Source: an uncultured Bacillota bacterium | GTDB lineage: Bacteria > Sysuimicrobiota > Sysuimicrobiia > Sysuimicrobiales > Segetimicrobiaceae | Assembly: GCA_963804645.1 (NCBI GenBank) | Contig: CAWDRG010000008.1 | Location: 1 to 64,000 of the forward strand | Direction of reading: 5' to 3' | Length of the DNA stretch: 64,000 bases | In this document: piece after piece, positions 11,458 to 22,687 of the stretch | Numbering within the stretch: position 1 is the stretch's first letter | How the letters are laid out: every line of letters begins with the position of its first letter | Position numbers and translations under genes: made by a program | Notes under the pieces: generated by a model | The model's input: the letters and a program-made list of their open reading frames with translations, nothing else | The model's database searches: none | Told to the model about the DNA's origin: nothing

Positions 11458-13005
11458 CTACGGGTTCGGGGGCGTGTTGGAGGCGTACAGCGCCACAAAC
11501 GCGATCTGGAACGCCCGGCCCGCGATCGGATGGAATGACGCGCGGATTGCGGGACCGAGCTCGTTGCGCACCGACGAATAGAACGGCGCCGTGAGCACGA
11601 TCCACACGCGCCGATACTGATGCGCAAGCGCTTCGATCTGCGCGGGCGTGAGCGCGGCGTGTCGGTCGCTGCGAAAGATCTCGCCGACCGGCGTCAGCAC
11701 CACGTTCGGGGGCCAGTTGCCGGGGAAGTAGTACAGTAAGCGCATCTCCGCCTCTGGGGTCAGAAAGATGAACGCATCGCCTGGCTCAACCTGCGGCCGC
11801 ACCGCCTCGGTCACGGTCAGCCACCCCTCCGGCGGCTGACTGCGGTAATACCCGCTCAACACCGGCACGCTGTACAGGAGGAGAAACACGGTGAGCCACG
11901 CCACCACGCGATGGCGCTCGGCCATCAGCAGATCCGCGCCCGCGCTGATCCCGCGCGCCACAACCATCGCGTAAAACGGCGCCAGAAACACGAACCACCT
12001 CGGCGCGAACACCGGGCGGAAGAAGCCGAACACGAGGCCGATCCCGATCGGCACCCCGAGGACGAGCGCGAGCAGCCCGCGTGATGGGCGGCCGGCATCG
12101 TCGGTGGCGCGCAGTCCGAGCGCGAGCGCCCCGAGGAACGGGAGCAAGATGATCGCCTGCTCGAGCAGCGTCACCTGTCCCGGGCTGAAGTAGGTTGCGC
12201 TGCCAAACAACCCGCCGCCGAACGCGAACAGCCCGAGGAGATCGCCAAAATTCAGCACGGCCCCGTGCGTCCGGTACCACTGCCCGCCCACGACCTGCGC
12301 GCTCTGCGCGGCGATCGACGGCACCCACGGCGCGAACGCCACCGCCGCGGCGAGCACCGCCCCGCCCCACGGCCGGAGCACGGCGGGGTGATACCGCCAG
12401 ATCCAGATGCCGTGCGCGGCGACGAGGAGGATGCCGAGGTACTGCGTGTACGCGAGGCACGCCGCCAACGCGGCGTACGCCGCCCACCGGCCGACGGTGC
12501 TCCGCTCCGCGGCCGACACGAGCGCCAGCGTGGCGCCGAGCGCGAGCACCGTCAGCAGCCCGTATGCCATCGCCTGCTGGCTCACCATGATCTCGAGCGG
12601 CGCCACGGCCACGAGCAGCGCGGCGAGCAGCGCGACCGGCGTCGCGGCCAGGCGCCGCATCAGCAGGAACGTCAACCACACCGACGCGACGCCGAAGGCG
12701 ACCGCCGGCAGGCGCAGCGCGACCGGATCGTGGCCCGCGATCGAGATCCACGCCTTCATGAGCACGTAGAAGCCGGGCGGATGCGTGTCGGTGAGACGCA
12801 GCAGCGGGACGATCGCGGACCAGCCGTGCTGCGCCACCCACACCGTGAACGTCTCGTCCGCCTCGACGTAGTTGGCACGGTCGAGGGCAAACAGGCGCAG
12901 GACCGCGGCGAGCACGAGGATGCCGCCGAGCTGCACCGCCGGGGTCAGCGGGACGTCGCGGGCCAGCCCGGCGCGCCCCGCCGCCGGGTCCGCCGCGCCG
13001 CTCAC
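11458..13005 (-). CDS. GT-C (family 39/ArnT-PMT-like) glycosyltransferase
   Basis: Multi-TM protein with LRLF..EADE and HPPGFY motifs. GTG start overlaps the upstream stop (GTGA). Confidence 0.8.
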   Translation of the reverse strand: MSGAADPAAGRAGLARDVPLTPAVQLGGILVLAAVLRLFALDRANYVEADETFTVWVAQHGWSAIVPLLRLTDTHPPGFYVLMKAWISIAGHDPVALRLPAVAFGVASVWLTFLLMRRLAATPVALLAALLVAVAPLEIMVSQQAMAYGLLTVLALGATLALVSAAERSTVGRWAAYAALAACLAYTQYLGILLVAAHGIWIWRYHPAVLRPWGGAVLAAAVAFAPWVPSIAAQSAQVVGGQWYRTHGAVLNFGDLLGLFAFGGGLFGSATYFSPGQVTLLEQAIILLPFLGALALGLRATDDAGRPSRGLLALVLGVPIGIGLVFGFFRPVFAPRWFVFLAPFYAMVVARGISAGADLLMAERHRVVAWLTVFLLLYSVPVLSGYYRSQPPEGWLTVTEAVRPQVEPGDAFIFLTPEAEMRLLYYFPGNWPPNVVLTPVGEIFRSDRHAALTPAQIEALAHQYRRVWIVLTAPFYSSVRNELGPAIRASFHPIAGRAFQIAFVALYASNTPPNP

Positions 13006-14624
13006 GGCCGCGCGCCCCCCATCCATGCCCACGGCGCGCCTGGCGGCACGTTCGGATCCCGGTAGCCGCCGAGATCCGCGATGCGTGTACGCACGTGGGC
13101 CCACACCGCGGGACCGATCTGCACGTAGCCGTGCGCCGCGAGTTCCGTGCGCAGCGCGTCGTCGATGACGTAATACGGTTCCTGGCCGTGCCCGTAGTCG
13201 TTCAGCACGATGTAATCGTACCACTCCCCGTCGATCTTCCACCGGACGTCCCCGCCCGTGTAGTCGATCCACCGCGGATCCCCGCCGGCGTAGAACATCG
13301 TCTGCGGGGTGTCCACGATCGTCCGGCCCGGCGGCAGCGCCGCGACGAGGCGCGCCGAATAGAATGGGACGGGATCGATCGCCGGCGCGTGCGTCATCGC
13401 CGCGCGGGCGAGGCGGTCGCCGGTGGGATCCCACAGGTCGTAGGCGACCGTCAGCGCGAGCACGGCCGCGAGCGCCAGCGCGACCGGCCGCGGCGGCCAC
13501 GACCGCCCCCGGGGCCGCGGCAGCCGCGTCCGCCACACCGCGAGCGCGGCGAGCGTCACCAGCACGTAGGTCGCCGGCAGATCGTAGTACCGGTTCGTGA
13601 GGCTGTCCCACGGCGCGACGACGTACGTCACCAGCCACGGCGCGCACCACAGCCAGATCCATCCGAGGCGCGACCGCCACCGCCCGGCGATCGCCAGGCC
13701 GCCGAGCAGCAGCAGGAACAGCGGGACGAATAAGTGCGCCTCAACCGAGAGCGGAATCTCCGACAGCGCCTTCACGAGGCCCCGCAGCGTCCAGTCCCGG
13801 TGGAAAAACTCCCCGCTCGCGTCGCGCGCAAACCAGCGGGTCGCGATCCACGCGAAGCTCGGCAGCACGGTCAGCCCGACGAACGCGGCCGCGGCCGCCG
13901 CGGCGCGGGACAGCCGCGCGGGGCGCACGGGCCACCACCACCAGAGGAACACCGGATACAACAGCGCCGCGGTGAACTTGAACCAGATCGCCAGCATGAG
14001 AAACACCCCGGCCCCGACGAGCGCGCCCGTTCGCCGGGTGTCGCGATACCGCACCATGCACACGGCTCCCGCGAGCGCGGCGCAGATGCTCGGGGTGTCG
14101 AGCTGCACGTTTTGGGAAAAGTACACGAGGCCGGGCGCCACCGCAACGCACGCCGCCGCGATCAGCGCGATCTGCTCGCTTCTGAGCACCCGCCGGACGA
14201 GCACGCCCAGCAGCACCACGGCGATGACCCCGCAGACGACGATCGGCAGCCGGGCCGCCCACTCGCTCGGGCCGAACAGCTTGAAGGACGCCCAGATCAT
14301 CCACGGAACGCCGGGAGAGAACGTCCGGTCGACGCCGAGCTCATTGCGCTGCGCCCACAGCCCGTAGCGGTCGAAGTTGAGCGCGGTCATCGCGTAGTGC
14401 CCCTCGTTCCAGGCCATGAGCCGGTTGAAGGGGCGCGTCAGGTGGGCGACGCGCAGCGCGGCGCCGAGCACCGCGCACGACGCGAGCCCCCACCGGTACA
14501 CGCCGGCGGGGAGATGCATGTCTTCCCAGGGCGGGACCGCCGCGTCCGCGCCCGCCTCGACGGCCGCGACCCCGGGCTCCGGGGCCAGCGCACGTCCGCG
14601 GTCCGCGACGATGGACCGGCTCAC
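13002..14624 (-). CDS. GT-C (family 39/ArnT-like) glycosyltransferase
   Basis: Multi-TM protein with [19 protein letters not shown] and WFKFT motifs. Confidence 0.8.
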   Translation of the reverse strand: MSRSIVADRGRALAPEPGVAAVEAGADAAVPPWEDMHLPAGVYRWGLASCAVLGAALRVAHLTRPFNRLMAWNEGHYAMTALNFDRYGLWAQRNELGVDRTFSPGVPWMIWASFKLFGPSEWAARLPIVVCGVIAVVLLGVLVRRVLRSEQIALIAAACVAVAPGLVYFSQNVQLDTPSICAALAGAVCMVRYRDTRRTGALVGAGVFLMLAIWFKFTAALLYPVFLWWWWPVRPARLSRAAAAAAAFVGLTVLPSFAWIATRWFARDASGEFFHRDWTLRGLVKALSEIPLSVEAHLFVPLFLLLLGGLAIAGRWRSRLGWIWLWCAPWLVTYVVAPWDSLTNRYYDLPATYVLVTLAALAVWRTRLPRPRGRSWPPRPVALALAAVLALTVAYDLWDPTGDRLARAAMTHAPAIDPVPFYSARLVAALPPGRTIVDTPQTMFYAGGDPRWIDYTGGDVRWKIDGEWYDYIVLNDYGHGQEPYYVIDDALRTELAAHGYVQIGPAVWAHVRTRIADLGGYRDPNVPPGAPWAWMGGARP

Positions 14625-15886
14625 GCGCCGAGCCGCACGCGCGCGAACCGCCGCCGGCCCACGCGCACCAGAAGGCCGTCGCGCACGCGGATCGGATACT
14701 CGACGTCGTCGCGGGCGAGCACGCCGTCCGCGACCAGCGCGGCGGCGTCCTGCGGGATCCGCTTGCCGTCGAGGCTGACCCCGCCCTGGCTGATCACGCG
14801 CCGCGCCTCGCCGTTCGACTCGGCCAGCCCGAGCGCCACCAGCAGATGTGCGAGGCGGACCGTGCCGTCCCGCACGAGCTCGCGCGGCAGCGGCACCTCG
14901 GGAATCTCGTCAGGCAGCTCGTGCGCGCGGAACACCCGGGCGAACTCCTCTTCCGCGGCGCGGGCCGCGGCCTCCCCGTGGTAGCGGGCGGTGATCTCGC
15001 GCGCGAGGCGCAGCTTGATGTCGCGCGGGTGTGCGCGCCCCTCGCGCAGCGCCGCCTCCAGGTCGCGCACGACCTCGAGCGGCACGAGCGTGCAGTACTC
15101 GAAGTACGCGCCCATCAGGTGGTCGGGCAGCGACATCACCTTGCCGAACATCACGCTCGGAGGCTCGGTGATCCCGATCGCGTTGCCGAGGCTCTTGCTC
15201 ATCTTGTGGACCCCGTCGAGGCCGGGCAGGAGCGGGGTCAGCAGGACCACCTGCGGCGCCTGCCCGAACTCGCGCTGCAGCTCCCGCCCCATGAGGTTGT
15301 TGAACTTCTGGTCGGTCCCGCCGAGCTCCACGTCCGCCTCGATCGCGACGGAATCGTATCCCTGGCAGAGCGGGTACAGGAGCTCGTGCAGATGAATCGG
15401 CAGATGCTCGCGGAATCGCTTCTCGAAGTCGTCGCGCTCGAGCAGCCGGTGCACGGTCGCCCGGCTCGCCAGTTTGATCACGTCGTAGAAGGTCATCGGA
15501 CTCAGCCACTCACTGTTGAACACGACACGGGTGCGCGCGGGATCAAGGATCAGGCTGTACTGTTCCCGATAGGTGGCGGCGTTCCGCTGAATCTCCTCGG
15601 GGGACAGCGCGGGACGGGTCTCGGACTTGCCCGAGGGGTCCCCAATCAGCCCCGTGAAGTCGCCGATCACGAGGATCGCCTCGTGGCCGAGATCCTGAAA
15701 CTGCCGGAGCTTCTGCAGCACGATCGCGTTGCCAATGTGAATGTCGGGAGCGGTGGGGTCCAGCCCGAGTTTGACGCGCAGCGGGCGCCCCTGCCCGAGT
15801 TTCTCGAGCAGCGCCTCTTCGCTGATGATCTCTACCGTGCCGCGTCGCAGAAGGGCGAGCTGCTCGTTCGGGCTCAACGTTGCCAC
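14621..15886 (-). CDS. tyrS: Tyrosine--tRNA ligase
   Basis: [15 protein letters not shown] (HIGH), [13 protein letters not shown] and a C-terminal S4 domain. Confidence 0.97.
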   Translation of the reverse strand: MATLSPNEQLALLRRGTVEIISEEALLEKLGQGRPLRVKLGLDPTAPDIHIGNAIVLQKLRQFQDLGHEAILVIGDFTGLIGDPSGKSETRPALSPEEIQRNAATYREQYSLILDPARTRVVFNSEWLSPMTFYDVIKLASRATVHRLLERDDFEKRFREHLPIHLHELLYPLCQGYDSVAIEADVELGGTDQKFNNLMGRELQREFGQAPQVVLLTPLLPGLDGVHKMSKSLGNAIGITEPPSVMFGKVMSLPDHLMGAYFEYCTLVPLEVVRDLEAALREGRAHPRDIKLRLAREITARYHGEAAARAAEEEFARVFRAHELPDEIPEVPLPRELVRDGTVRLAHLLVALGLAESNGEARRVISQGGVSLDGKRIPQDAAALVADGVLARDDVEYPIRVRDGLLVRVGRRRFARVRLGA

Positions 15887-15892
15887 GCCCGG

Positions 15893-15901
15893 ATTATAGC
15901 A
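15893..15901 (-). promoter_or_regulatory. Extended -10 promoter, probably giving a leaderless tyrS mRNA
   Basis: TGcTATAAT lies 6 nt upstream of the GTG at 15886, with no SD sequence. Confidence 0.65.
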
Positions 15902-15933
15902 CTGACCCGCCGCCCGGACCACCGGCGGGCGCG

Positions 15934-16911
15934 TCACCCCGATCGGAATGCGCCATCACCGCGTGCGGGCGCGACCGGGACCGGCACCTCCGGCCCGCAG
16001 TTCGGATGCCACGGCGCGTCCAGCGGCTCCGTCTCCATCTGCAGCGTGACGTGCCCGAGATGGAACCGGTCATGCAGCAGCGCGCACAGGTCGACGAGGA
16101 TCCGCTGGGCGGACGCCGGGTCGGCGATCAGGACGTGGCCGGTGACCGCCGGCACGCCGGAGGTCACCGACCACACGTGGAGGTCGTGAATGCCGAGCAC
16201 GCCGGGGACGCCGCGCATCGCCGCGTCTACCTCGGGGATCGACACGCCGCGCGGCGTGCCCTCCATCAAGACCTCGACGGCGTGCCCCACAATCGGCCAC
16301 GCCATCACGATCAGCACCCCGGCGATGCCGAGGCTGACCAGCGGATCCGCGGCGGTCCACCCGGTCGTCAGAATCACCAGGCTCGCGGCGATCGTCCCCA
16401 CGGCGGCCGCGGCGTCCGCCAGGACGTGCGCCAGCGCGGCACGGACGTTCAGGCTGGTGCCGCGCGCGGGCGCGAGCAGCGCCGAGCTCGCGAGGTTGCC
16501 CACGAGGCCGAGGACGGCGATGCCGAGCATCCCGGACGCGACGATCGGATGCGGCGTCGCGAGGCGGCGCACCGCCTCGTACACGATCGCCGCGGCGATC
16601 GCCCACAACGCCAGCCCATTCGTCACCGCGGCGAACATCTCCGCGCGCCGGTAGCCGTAGGACATCTGCGCGGTCGCGGGGCGCATCGCGATCCAGCCGC
16701 CGATCAGGCTCACGGCCAAGCTGCCGACGTCGACGAGGAGATGACCGGCGTCGGCGAGCAGCGCGAGGCTGCCGGTCAGCCATCCGCCCACGGCCTCAAT
16801 CGCCATCAGCAGCAGGGTCACCGCGAGCGTCCACAGGAGCGCGCGCGTCGACCCCGCGGTAACGGGCCCATGATGGTGCCCGTGATGTCCTCCGGTCCCG
16901 TGGTCGGTCAT
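15934..16911 (-). CDS. Cation diffusion facilitator (CzcD/ZitB-like)
   Basis: His-rich N-terminus, [19 protein letters not shown] and IHDLHVW motifs. Confidence 0.93.
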   Translation of the reverse strand: MTDHGTGGHHGHHHGPVTAGSTRALLWTLAVTLLLMAIEAVGGWLTGSLALLADAGHLLVDVGSLAVSLIGGWIAMRPATAQMSYGYRRAEMFAAVTNGLALWAIAAAIVYEAVRRLATPHPIVASGMLGIAVLGLVGNLASSALLAPARGTSLNVRAALAHVLADAAAAVGTIAASLVILTTGWTAADPLVSLGIAGVLIVMAWPIVGHAVEVLMEGTPRGVSIPEVDAAMRGVPGVLGIHDLHVWSVTSGVPAVTGHVLIADPASAQRILVDLCALLHDRFHLGHVTLQMETEPLDAPWHPNCGPEVPVPVAPARGDGAFRSG

Positions 16912-19277
16912 CGGCGTCCCAACTCCACGATCGTCGCCCCGCTGCCGCCCTCGCCGTCTCCCCCGAGGCGGTAGGACGCCACCTCGGGATGATGGGCCAG
17001 GTGGTCGTGGACCGCGCGGCGCAGCGTGCCGGTACCCTTCCCGTGGATCACGGTCACCCGGGGCAGGCCAGCCAGGGTCGCGTCGTCCAGATATTTGTCG
17101 AGCTCCGCGAGCGCCTCCTCCGTCGTCATGCGCCGGAGATGGATCGACGACGGCACGCTGACCGTCCGATCGAATGTCGTCACCCCGCGCGGCGCGACCG
17201 CCGGGGCGGCCGGCGCGGCGCCAACCGGTCGCCGCAGGTCGTCGCGCGGCACCCGCACCTTGAGCGCGCCGAGCTGCACTTCCACGTCCCCACGCGCGTC
17301 AGGCGGTCCCTGGGCCGTGCCCCGCTGCCCGAGCGACGCGACGAGCACCTCGTCGCCCGCCCGCACGTCCTCCGGCACCTCCCCGGGCGCCTCCGTCCGC
17401 GTCTCGGCGGCGTAGGTGTCCGCGATCTCGCTGACCCGACGGAGGTACTCCCGCACGCGCGCGGTCGCGGCGGGGGTGGGCTTCGCGCGCAGGGCCCCGA
17501 GCAGCGCCTCGAGCTCCTGCCGCCCCCGGCGCTGCAGGGCGGCGAGCTCCGCCTGGGCCCGCTCGAGGGTGCGCCGGCGATCCTCCGCGATCCGCTGGAG
17601 CTCCTCCCGCGCGCGTGCCTGGGCGCGGGCCAGTTCCGCCCGCTCGCGCGCCAGCGCCGCGCGTTCGCCCGAGAGCTCGTCGCGCTCCTCTTCCACCCGC
17701 TCGATGACGCGCGTCAGGTCCGTCGCCTGCCGCGACAGATAGCCGCGCGCCCGCTCGATCACGTCGGACTCGAGCCCCAACCGCGCCGCGATGGCCAGCG
17801 CATTGCTGCGGCCGGGGGTGCCGATCAGCAGCCGATACGTCGGGCGCAGCGTCACCTCGTCGAACTCGACCGAGGCGTTCTCGACGCCGGGGTGGGTGAA
17901 CGCGAGCGATTTCAGCTCGTTGTAGTGGGTCGTGACGGCTGTGCACACGCCCCGGGCGTGGAGCGTCTCGATAATCGCGCGCGCGAGCGCCGCGCCCTCC
18001 GTCGGATCGGTGCCGGCGCCGACCTCGTCGAGCAGCACGAGCGCCCGCGCGGGACCGGGCGGCGTCTCCGTCAGTGAGGACAAAATCTCCACGATCGCGC
18101 GCAGGTGCGACGAGAACGTGGACAGGTTCTGCTCGATGCTCTGTTCGTCCCCGATGTCCGCGTAGACGCTCGGAAACACCGCGACCTGACTCTCCGGCGC
18201 CGCCGGGACGTGCAGGCCGCACTCCGCCATCAGCGTCAGGAGGCCGAGCGTCCGCAGCGCGACGGTCTTCCCGCCGGTGTTGGGCCCGGTGATCACGAGG
18301 GTGCGGAACGCGTCGCCGATCCGAATGTCGATCGGCACGACGATCCCGGTCAGGAGCGGGTGCCGGGCCGCGCGCAGGTCGGCGCGGCCGTCGGCGTTCA
18401 GGTGCGGGGTCGCCGCGCTAAGCTCCGCGCTGAGCTGCGCCTTCGCCGCGTCGAGGTCGAGGGCGGCGAGCACGCCGAGCGTGTCCGTGATGCGCTCCGC
18501 GGACTCGCCCACGAGCGCGCTCAGGGCCGTCAGGATCCGCGAGATCTCCTCCCGCTCGGCGGACATGAGCTCGCGCAGCCGGTTGCCGAGCGGCACCGCG
18601 GCGAGCGGCTCCATGAACACCGTCATGCCGCTCGACGACGAATCGTGCGCCACGCCGGGAAACTGCTCGCGAAACTCCGCGCGCACCGGCACCACGAACC
18701 GGTCGCCGCGGATCGTGATGAGCGGGTCCTGCAGCATGCGGGCGAGCGCCGGTGTCCGCAGCACCTGCTCCATCCGCTCGCGCAGCCGCGCTTCGCCGCT
18801 CCGCCGCTCCCGCCGGATCTTCGCGAGCTCGGGGCTCGCGGAATCCAGCACGATCCCTTCGTCGTTCAGGGCGCCGGCGATCTCGGCCTCGATCTCCGTG
18901 AACACCTCGATCCCCTCGGCGAGGTCCGCAAGCGCCGGCACGTCCTCGGCCCGCCCGACGACAAACCCCCGGAGCAGCCGGCCGGCCGCGAGCGAGTCGC
19001 GCACGTCCAGCAGCTCGCGCGGGGCGAGCGCCCCGCCGATGCCGGCGCGGTGGACGGGTGCGCGAATATCGCGCACGCCGCGGACCGGGAGCCCGCCGGC
19101 GTGCTCGAGAAGGAAGCGCGCCTCGGTGGTCTCCCGCTGCCGGCGCTCGACCTCTTCGAGATCGGCGGACGGCACGAGCGCGAGCGCTCGTTCGCGGCCG
19201 GCGACCGACGCGGTGCGCCCCGCGAGCCGGTCGAGCACGGTGGGGAGCCCCAGCACCCGGAGCGCCCGCTCGTTCAC
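16908..19277 (-). CDS. mutS2: Endonuclease MutS2
   Basis: ITGPNTGGKT, DIGDEQSIEQNLSTFSSH, LLDEVGAGTDP and a C-terminal Smr domain (IHGKGTG). Confidence 0.96.
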   Translation of the reverse strand: MNERALRVLGLPTVLDRLAGRTASVAGRERALALVPSADLEEVERRQRETTEARFLLEHAGGLPVRGVRDIRAPVHRAGIGGALAPRELLDVRDSLAAGRLLRGFVVGRAEDVPALADLAEGIEVFTEIEAEIAGALNDEGIVLDSASPELAKIRRERRSGEARLRERMEQVLRTPALARMLQDPLITIRGDRFVVPVRAEFREQFPGVAHDSSSSGMTVFMEPLAAVPLGNRLRELMSAEREEISRILTALSALVGESAERITDTLGVLAALDLDAAKAQLSAELSAATPHLNADGRADLRAARHPLLTGIVVPIDIRIGDAFRTLVITGPNTGGKTVALRTLGLLTLMAECGLHVPAAPESQVAVFPSVYADIGDEQSIEQNLSTFSSHLRAIVEILSSLTETPPGPARALVLLDEVGAGTDPTEGAALARAIIETLHARGVCTAVTTHYNELKSLAFTHPGVENASVEFDEVTLRPTYRLLIGTPGRSNALAIAARLGLESDVIERARGYLSRQATDLTRVIERVEEERDELSGERAALARERAELARAQARAREELQRIAEDRRRTLERAQAELAALQRRGRQELEALLGALRAKPTPAATARVREYLRRVSEIADTYAAETRTEAPGEVPEDVRAGDEVLVASLGQRGTAQGPPDARGDVEVQLGALKVRVPRDDLRRPVGAAPAAPAVAPRGVTTFDRTVSVPSSIHLRRMTTEEALAELDKYLDDATLAGLPRVTVIHGKGTGTLRRAVHDHLAHHPEVASYRLGGDGEGGSGATIVELGRR

Positions 19278-20194
19278 GGGACCGGCACGCCCGCGGTCAG
19301 AAGGTCCACGCACGCCGGCGCCACGTCCGTGATCGCGCGCAGCCGCGGCGCCAGGTCCCGGCGGCCGGCGCCGATGAGCAGTGCCGGCACGGGATTGAGC
19401 GTGTGCGCACGGGTGCCCCCGTCCTCCAGATTCCCGTGGTCGCTCGTGACGAGCACGAGCGTCTCGCGGAGATCGGCCGCGTCGAGAATTCCGCCGAGCA
19501 GCGCATCCAGACGCTCCACGACCTCGATCGGGTCGCCGGCGCGCCCGTGCCCCGCCAGGTCCGTTTGAAAGAACTCGAACAGCGTGAACGCGTGCGTCGA
19601 CGAGATCTCCGCGAGCCGCCGCCCCGCGTCCTTGGGCGTCACCTCCGGCACGTCGATGCCGTGCCGTCCGAGGCCGGTGTTGGTGAGGTCGTGGAAGACG
19701 GCCTGGCCGGCACGGAGGTCCTCCAGCCCGCGGATGCGCACGCCGGCCTGAAGCGCGTTGAGCGTGACCGCCGCGTGCCGGAGCCGGCGGGACGCCACCG
19801 CCTCGAAGTACGCGTCGGTGTACGCGTTGGCTAGCGCCGTCGACACCCCGGCCTCGCCCAATCGGACGAAGACGCCGTGCGAGGCGAGGAGCGTCCGGAG
19901 GGTCGGGGTCGGATAGGCCGTCACGTGCCGGCCGAGCAGCGCGGGCGCGTTCTCGCCGGTCAAGAGCGCGGTCTGGCCGGTCGCGCTCTGCGGCAGCCCG
20001 CTCACGCCGAGGCGCGCGTCGAGCGGGAGGAGCGTCGCCGCGTCGGTTCCCACCGGATCGCGGCCGGCCAGCGGCTGACCCAACAGCGCCCGGAGCGTGG
20101 GGGTGCGTCCCCGCACGAAAGGGTTCGTCGCGGGGTCCATGTCGCCCAACCCCACGCCGTCCACGAAGAGAAACAGCATCCGAACGGACCGCAC
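19274..20194 (-). CDS. Alkaline-phosphatase-superfamily metalloenzyme (phosphoglycerate/phosphopentomutase-like)
   Basis: FVDGVGLG, LPQSATGQT, TDLAGH, TSDHGN and HTLNPVP motifs. TAGAAT lies 6 nt before the GTG. Confidence 0.8.
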   Translation of the reverse strand: MRSVRMLFLFVDGVGLGDMDPATNPFVRGRTPTLRALLGQPLAGRDPVGTDAATLLPLDARLGVSGLPQSATGQTALLTGENAPALLGRHVTAYPTPTLRTLLASHGVFVRLGEAGVSTALANAYTDAYFEAVASRRLRHAAVTLNALQAGVRIRGLEDLRAGQAVFHDLTNTGLGRHGIDVPEVTPKDAGRRLAEISSTHAFTLFEFFQTDLAGHGRAGDPIEVVERLDALLGGILDAADLRETLVLVTSDHGNLEDGGTRAHTLNPVPALLIGAGRRDLAPRLRAITDVAPACVDLLTAGVPVP

Positions 20195-20274
20195 GATACC
20201 ATTCTACCTCGCGAGTGCGCCGGAGCGGCGCCGGGCGGCGCGGTTCCGTCAGGAGAGGCCGTCAAATGCCTGAC

Positions 20275-21123
20275 TCAACGGCTGCCGGTGCGCCCGCGCT
20301 GATGATCGGCGAGCGGCCACCCGACGAGCTGGCCGACCGCGCGAACCCACGAGGTTTGTTCGTGCCCGCGGGGTTCGTCTTGAAATCGGTAGTCGCGCTT
20401 CCTGATGAGTTCCCCGAGCTCACCGCGCAGTGCGGTCAATTTGGCATCCGCGATCTCGAGCAGCCGGCACGCCTGCGCTACCGTCGCGGCACCATCAAGC
20501 GTGATGAGCAGGTCGGGCAGGCAGAGAAACGACGATCGATTCATCGCGGCGACCATGTCGGCGTCATCGAGATGCCGCAGCAGGGTGGAGACGTAGCGGT
20601 CCTCGGCTTCCCGGGCGATCTGGCAGGCAGGACACGGGACCTGCGCCACGCGCCTCCGCCGCAGCAGTTCCACAAGCCACACACGTCGTGCCCCACCACG
20701 CGCCCCGCGGGTACCGTGCCGCTGTGGCCCTCCAACCCGCTGGACTTCCCGAATGGCCTCCTGGGCGAGCGCAACCTGATCCTGGTAAAGGATGGCCGCG
20801 GCGAGACTGTCGCCCAGACGTATCAACGCCCATGCATGCTCGCGGCAGAACCCTCTGGAAAGGTCGAGCGTGTGGCGTAATCCTGGGTCATTGACCTGCT
20901 CGTAGAGCGCGTCATCGAGATAGCGGTGGACCGCCTCGTTGCGAAGATAGCACAGCGGGCACTCCGGCTGCCCCAGGGCCGAGATCACGCGATGGTAGAG
21001 CATGTCGCGCTGGGCCAGCGCACGCGGCTGCGGTCCCAACCATCGTAAGCGCCGCACTCGTGCCATGCACACCACGTCCTCTCCCGGCGTCGCGTGAGCG
21101 CTCGTGCTGACCGAGTCGCCCAC
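20275..21123 (-). CDS. DUF6062-like protein with two CxxC...C Zn-binding-like motifs (start may be ATG 21066)
   Basis: ECPLC...YEQVNDP...GFCREH and CPAC...FLCLPD; C-terminal IRKRDYRF..EP.G.E..SW.RA. Confidence 0.7.
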   Translation of the reverse strand: MGDSVSTSAHATPGEDVVCMARVRRLRWLGPQPRALAQRDMLYHRVISALGQPECPLCYLRNEAVHRYLDDALYEQVNDPGLRHTLDLSRGFCREHAWALIRLGDSLAAAILYQDQVALAQEAIREVQRVGGPQRHGTRGARGGARRVWLVELLRRRRVAQVPCPACQIAREAEDRYVSTLLRHLDDADMVAAMNRSSFLCLPDLLITLDGAATVAQACRLLEIADAKLTALRGELGELIRKRDYRFQDEPRGHEQTSWVRAVGQLVGWPLADHQRGRTGSR

Positions 21124-21152
21124 CCCATCCGCAGGGCCGTCTCCCCATCCTT

Positions 21153-22628
21153 CTACGCCGGACCGCGGCGGGGCCGCGTGTCATCGGGCCCGGCCGATCG
21201 CGTCCCCCGCATCTGCTCCAGCGCCGCACGCGCTCCCTCGATCTCTTCACGCGAGAGTGCCGCCAGTCCGTATCGCGCGCGGCTGTACGTCGCGGTCAGC
21301 GTATCGACGGCGTCCGCCACACTCGGGTGCGCCGCGCGCACGACGCCGGCAAACTCCGCGGGGGTCTCGCTCGTGTGCCTGGAACTCCCACGCGCGGCGG
21401 CCAGGGTCAGGAATTCCGCGTAGCATCGGCGGATCGCACCGGCCGGTCCGGTGCCGTAGTCCGCCGGAGGGCTGACACGCCACCCTCGCCGGCGCCGTCG
21501 AAACCACGCGCGCCATGACGCGCGCACGTCGGCCCACGACCAGACGGACTCGCGGCTCTCGTCGGCGGAACGACGCCGCCCCGGCTGCCCAAACCGAAAT
21601 ACCGACCGGGCGAGCCACAGTGATCCGAGGATGAGCAGCAGTACCGCCACGCCCCACCGGAATGCCATGGCGGCCTCCGGCGGGAGTCCGGTCGTCTGAT
21701 GAGCCGCCGCCTGCTGGATCCAGGCCGGAGCCAGCAAGGGTGACAGCGACGGATGGATCCCGGGATGGACGAGCCGTTGGAAGATCCACAGGACCCCCGC
21801 GACGATCACGCCGAGGGGAATTGCGATGACGTAGAGGATGACGAGCAGCAGGACGTTCGCGGCTGATCCCATCGCGTCCCACAACGCTTTGACATCGAGC
21901 CGGAGCGCCACGCCTGCCAGGGTGGCGATCCCGAGCAGCACGATCACCGCACCGCCAAGCACCCCATACCAACCGCCAGACACCCGGGTGTGGCGCGCGG
22001 ATGCGCGAGTGAGCCGCTGCACGCTCTCGAGCCGTGCTAACGGAAGCGCAAGCAAGCCCGCGGCGAAAAACACGAGCAGGTAGGGAAAGGCGGCGGTCGC
22101 CACCGCCGCCAAGGCGGCGACCGAGCTGCCGCACGCCATCAGCACCGCGAAGATGCCGAGCGCGGCGAGCCCGAGATTGAACACCGCGTCCACGTCATAA
22201 TAATCCAGGGTCGTGCGCCCGACGACCAGCCCGCGCCGCCACACGAGCACGGCCAAGAGCCATGCGGGCGCCGCCGGCCGCGACCCGGTCAAGGCCGACG
22301 CCGCGGTGCGCCACAGCGGACCAGGAACTCCCCCCCGCACGTCGCCGTACTGCCAGGCCACGACGCCCGCCGCGACCAACACGCCAAGAGCGGCCAGCAC
22401 CGCCCCCGCCCGGCGTTCGCCGGTCCTCGCGAGGAACCGCCGCGTGAGGAGCTGTGAACCAGCGAGCAACCCGAGAATGACGACCGGGTGCAGGAGGCTC
22501 GTGCCCGGAGGAAGCCAGATCGTCCCGGCGAGCAGCGCATACGGGGTTATCCACGCAGCATCCATGATGGCCACAAGTGACGGCAGCATCCAGCCCGCGG
22601 ATGCCTCCGGCCGCTCCGCGGCATTCAT
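21153..22628 (-). CDS. Multi-TM membrane protein with C-terminal DUF4129 domain
   Basis: Many hydrophobic helices; C-terminal IRRCY...SETPAEF...LTATYSRARYG. Confidence 0.8.
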   Translation of the reverse strand: MNAAERPEASAGWMLPSLVAIMDAAWITPYALLAGTIWLPPGTSLLHPVVILGLLAGSQLLTRRFLARTGERRAGAVLAALGVLVAAGVVAWQYGDVRGGVPGPLWRTAASALTGSRPAAPAWLLAVLVWRRGLVVGRTTLDYYDVDAVFNLGLAALGIFAVLMACGSSVAALAAVATAAFPYLLVFFAAGLLALPLARLESVQRLTRASARHTRVSGGWYGVLGGAVIVLLGIATLAGVALRLDVKALWDAMGSAANVLLLVILYVIAIPLGVIVAGVLWIFQRLVHPGIHPSLSPLLAPAWIQQAAAHQTTGLPPEAAMAFRWGVAVLLLILGSLWLARSVFRFGQPGRRRSADESRESVWSWADVRASWRAWFRRRRRGWRVSPPADYGTGPAGAIRRCYAEFLTLAAARGSSRHTSETPAEFAGVVRAAHPSVADAVDTLTATYSRARYGLAALSREEIEGARAALEQMRGTRSAGPDDTRPRRGPA

Positions 22629-22687
22629 CGGGGCGTCGTGCCCGGTGATCGTCGGTCACGACGGCTCGGCATGATCACCTCCGGAGA

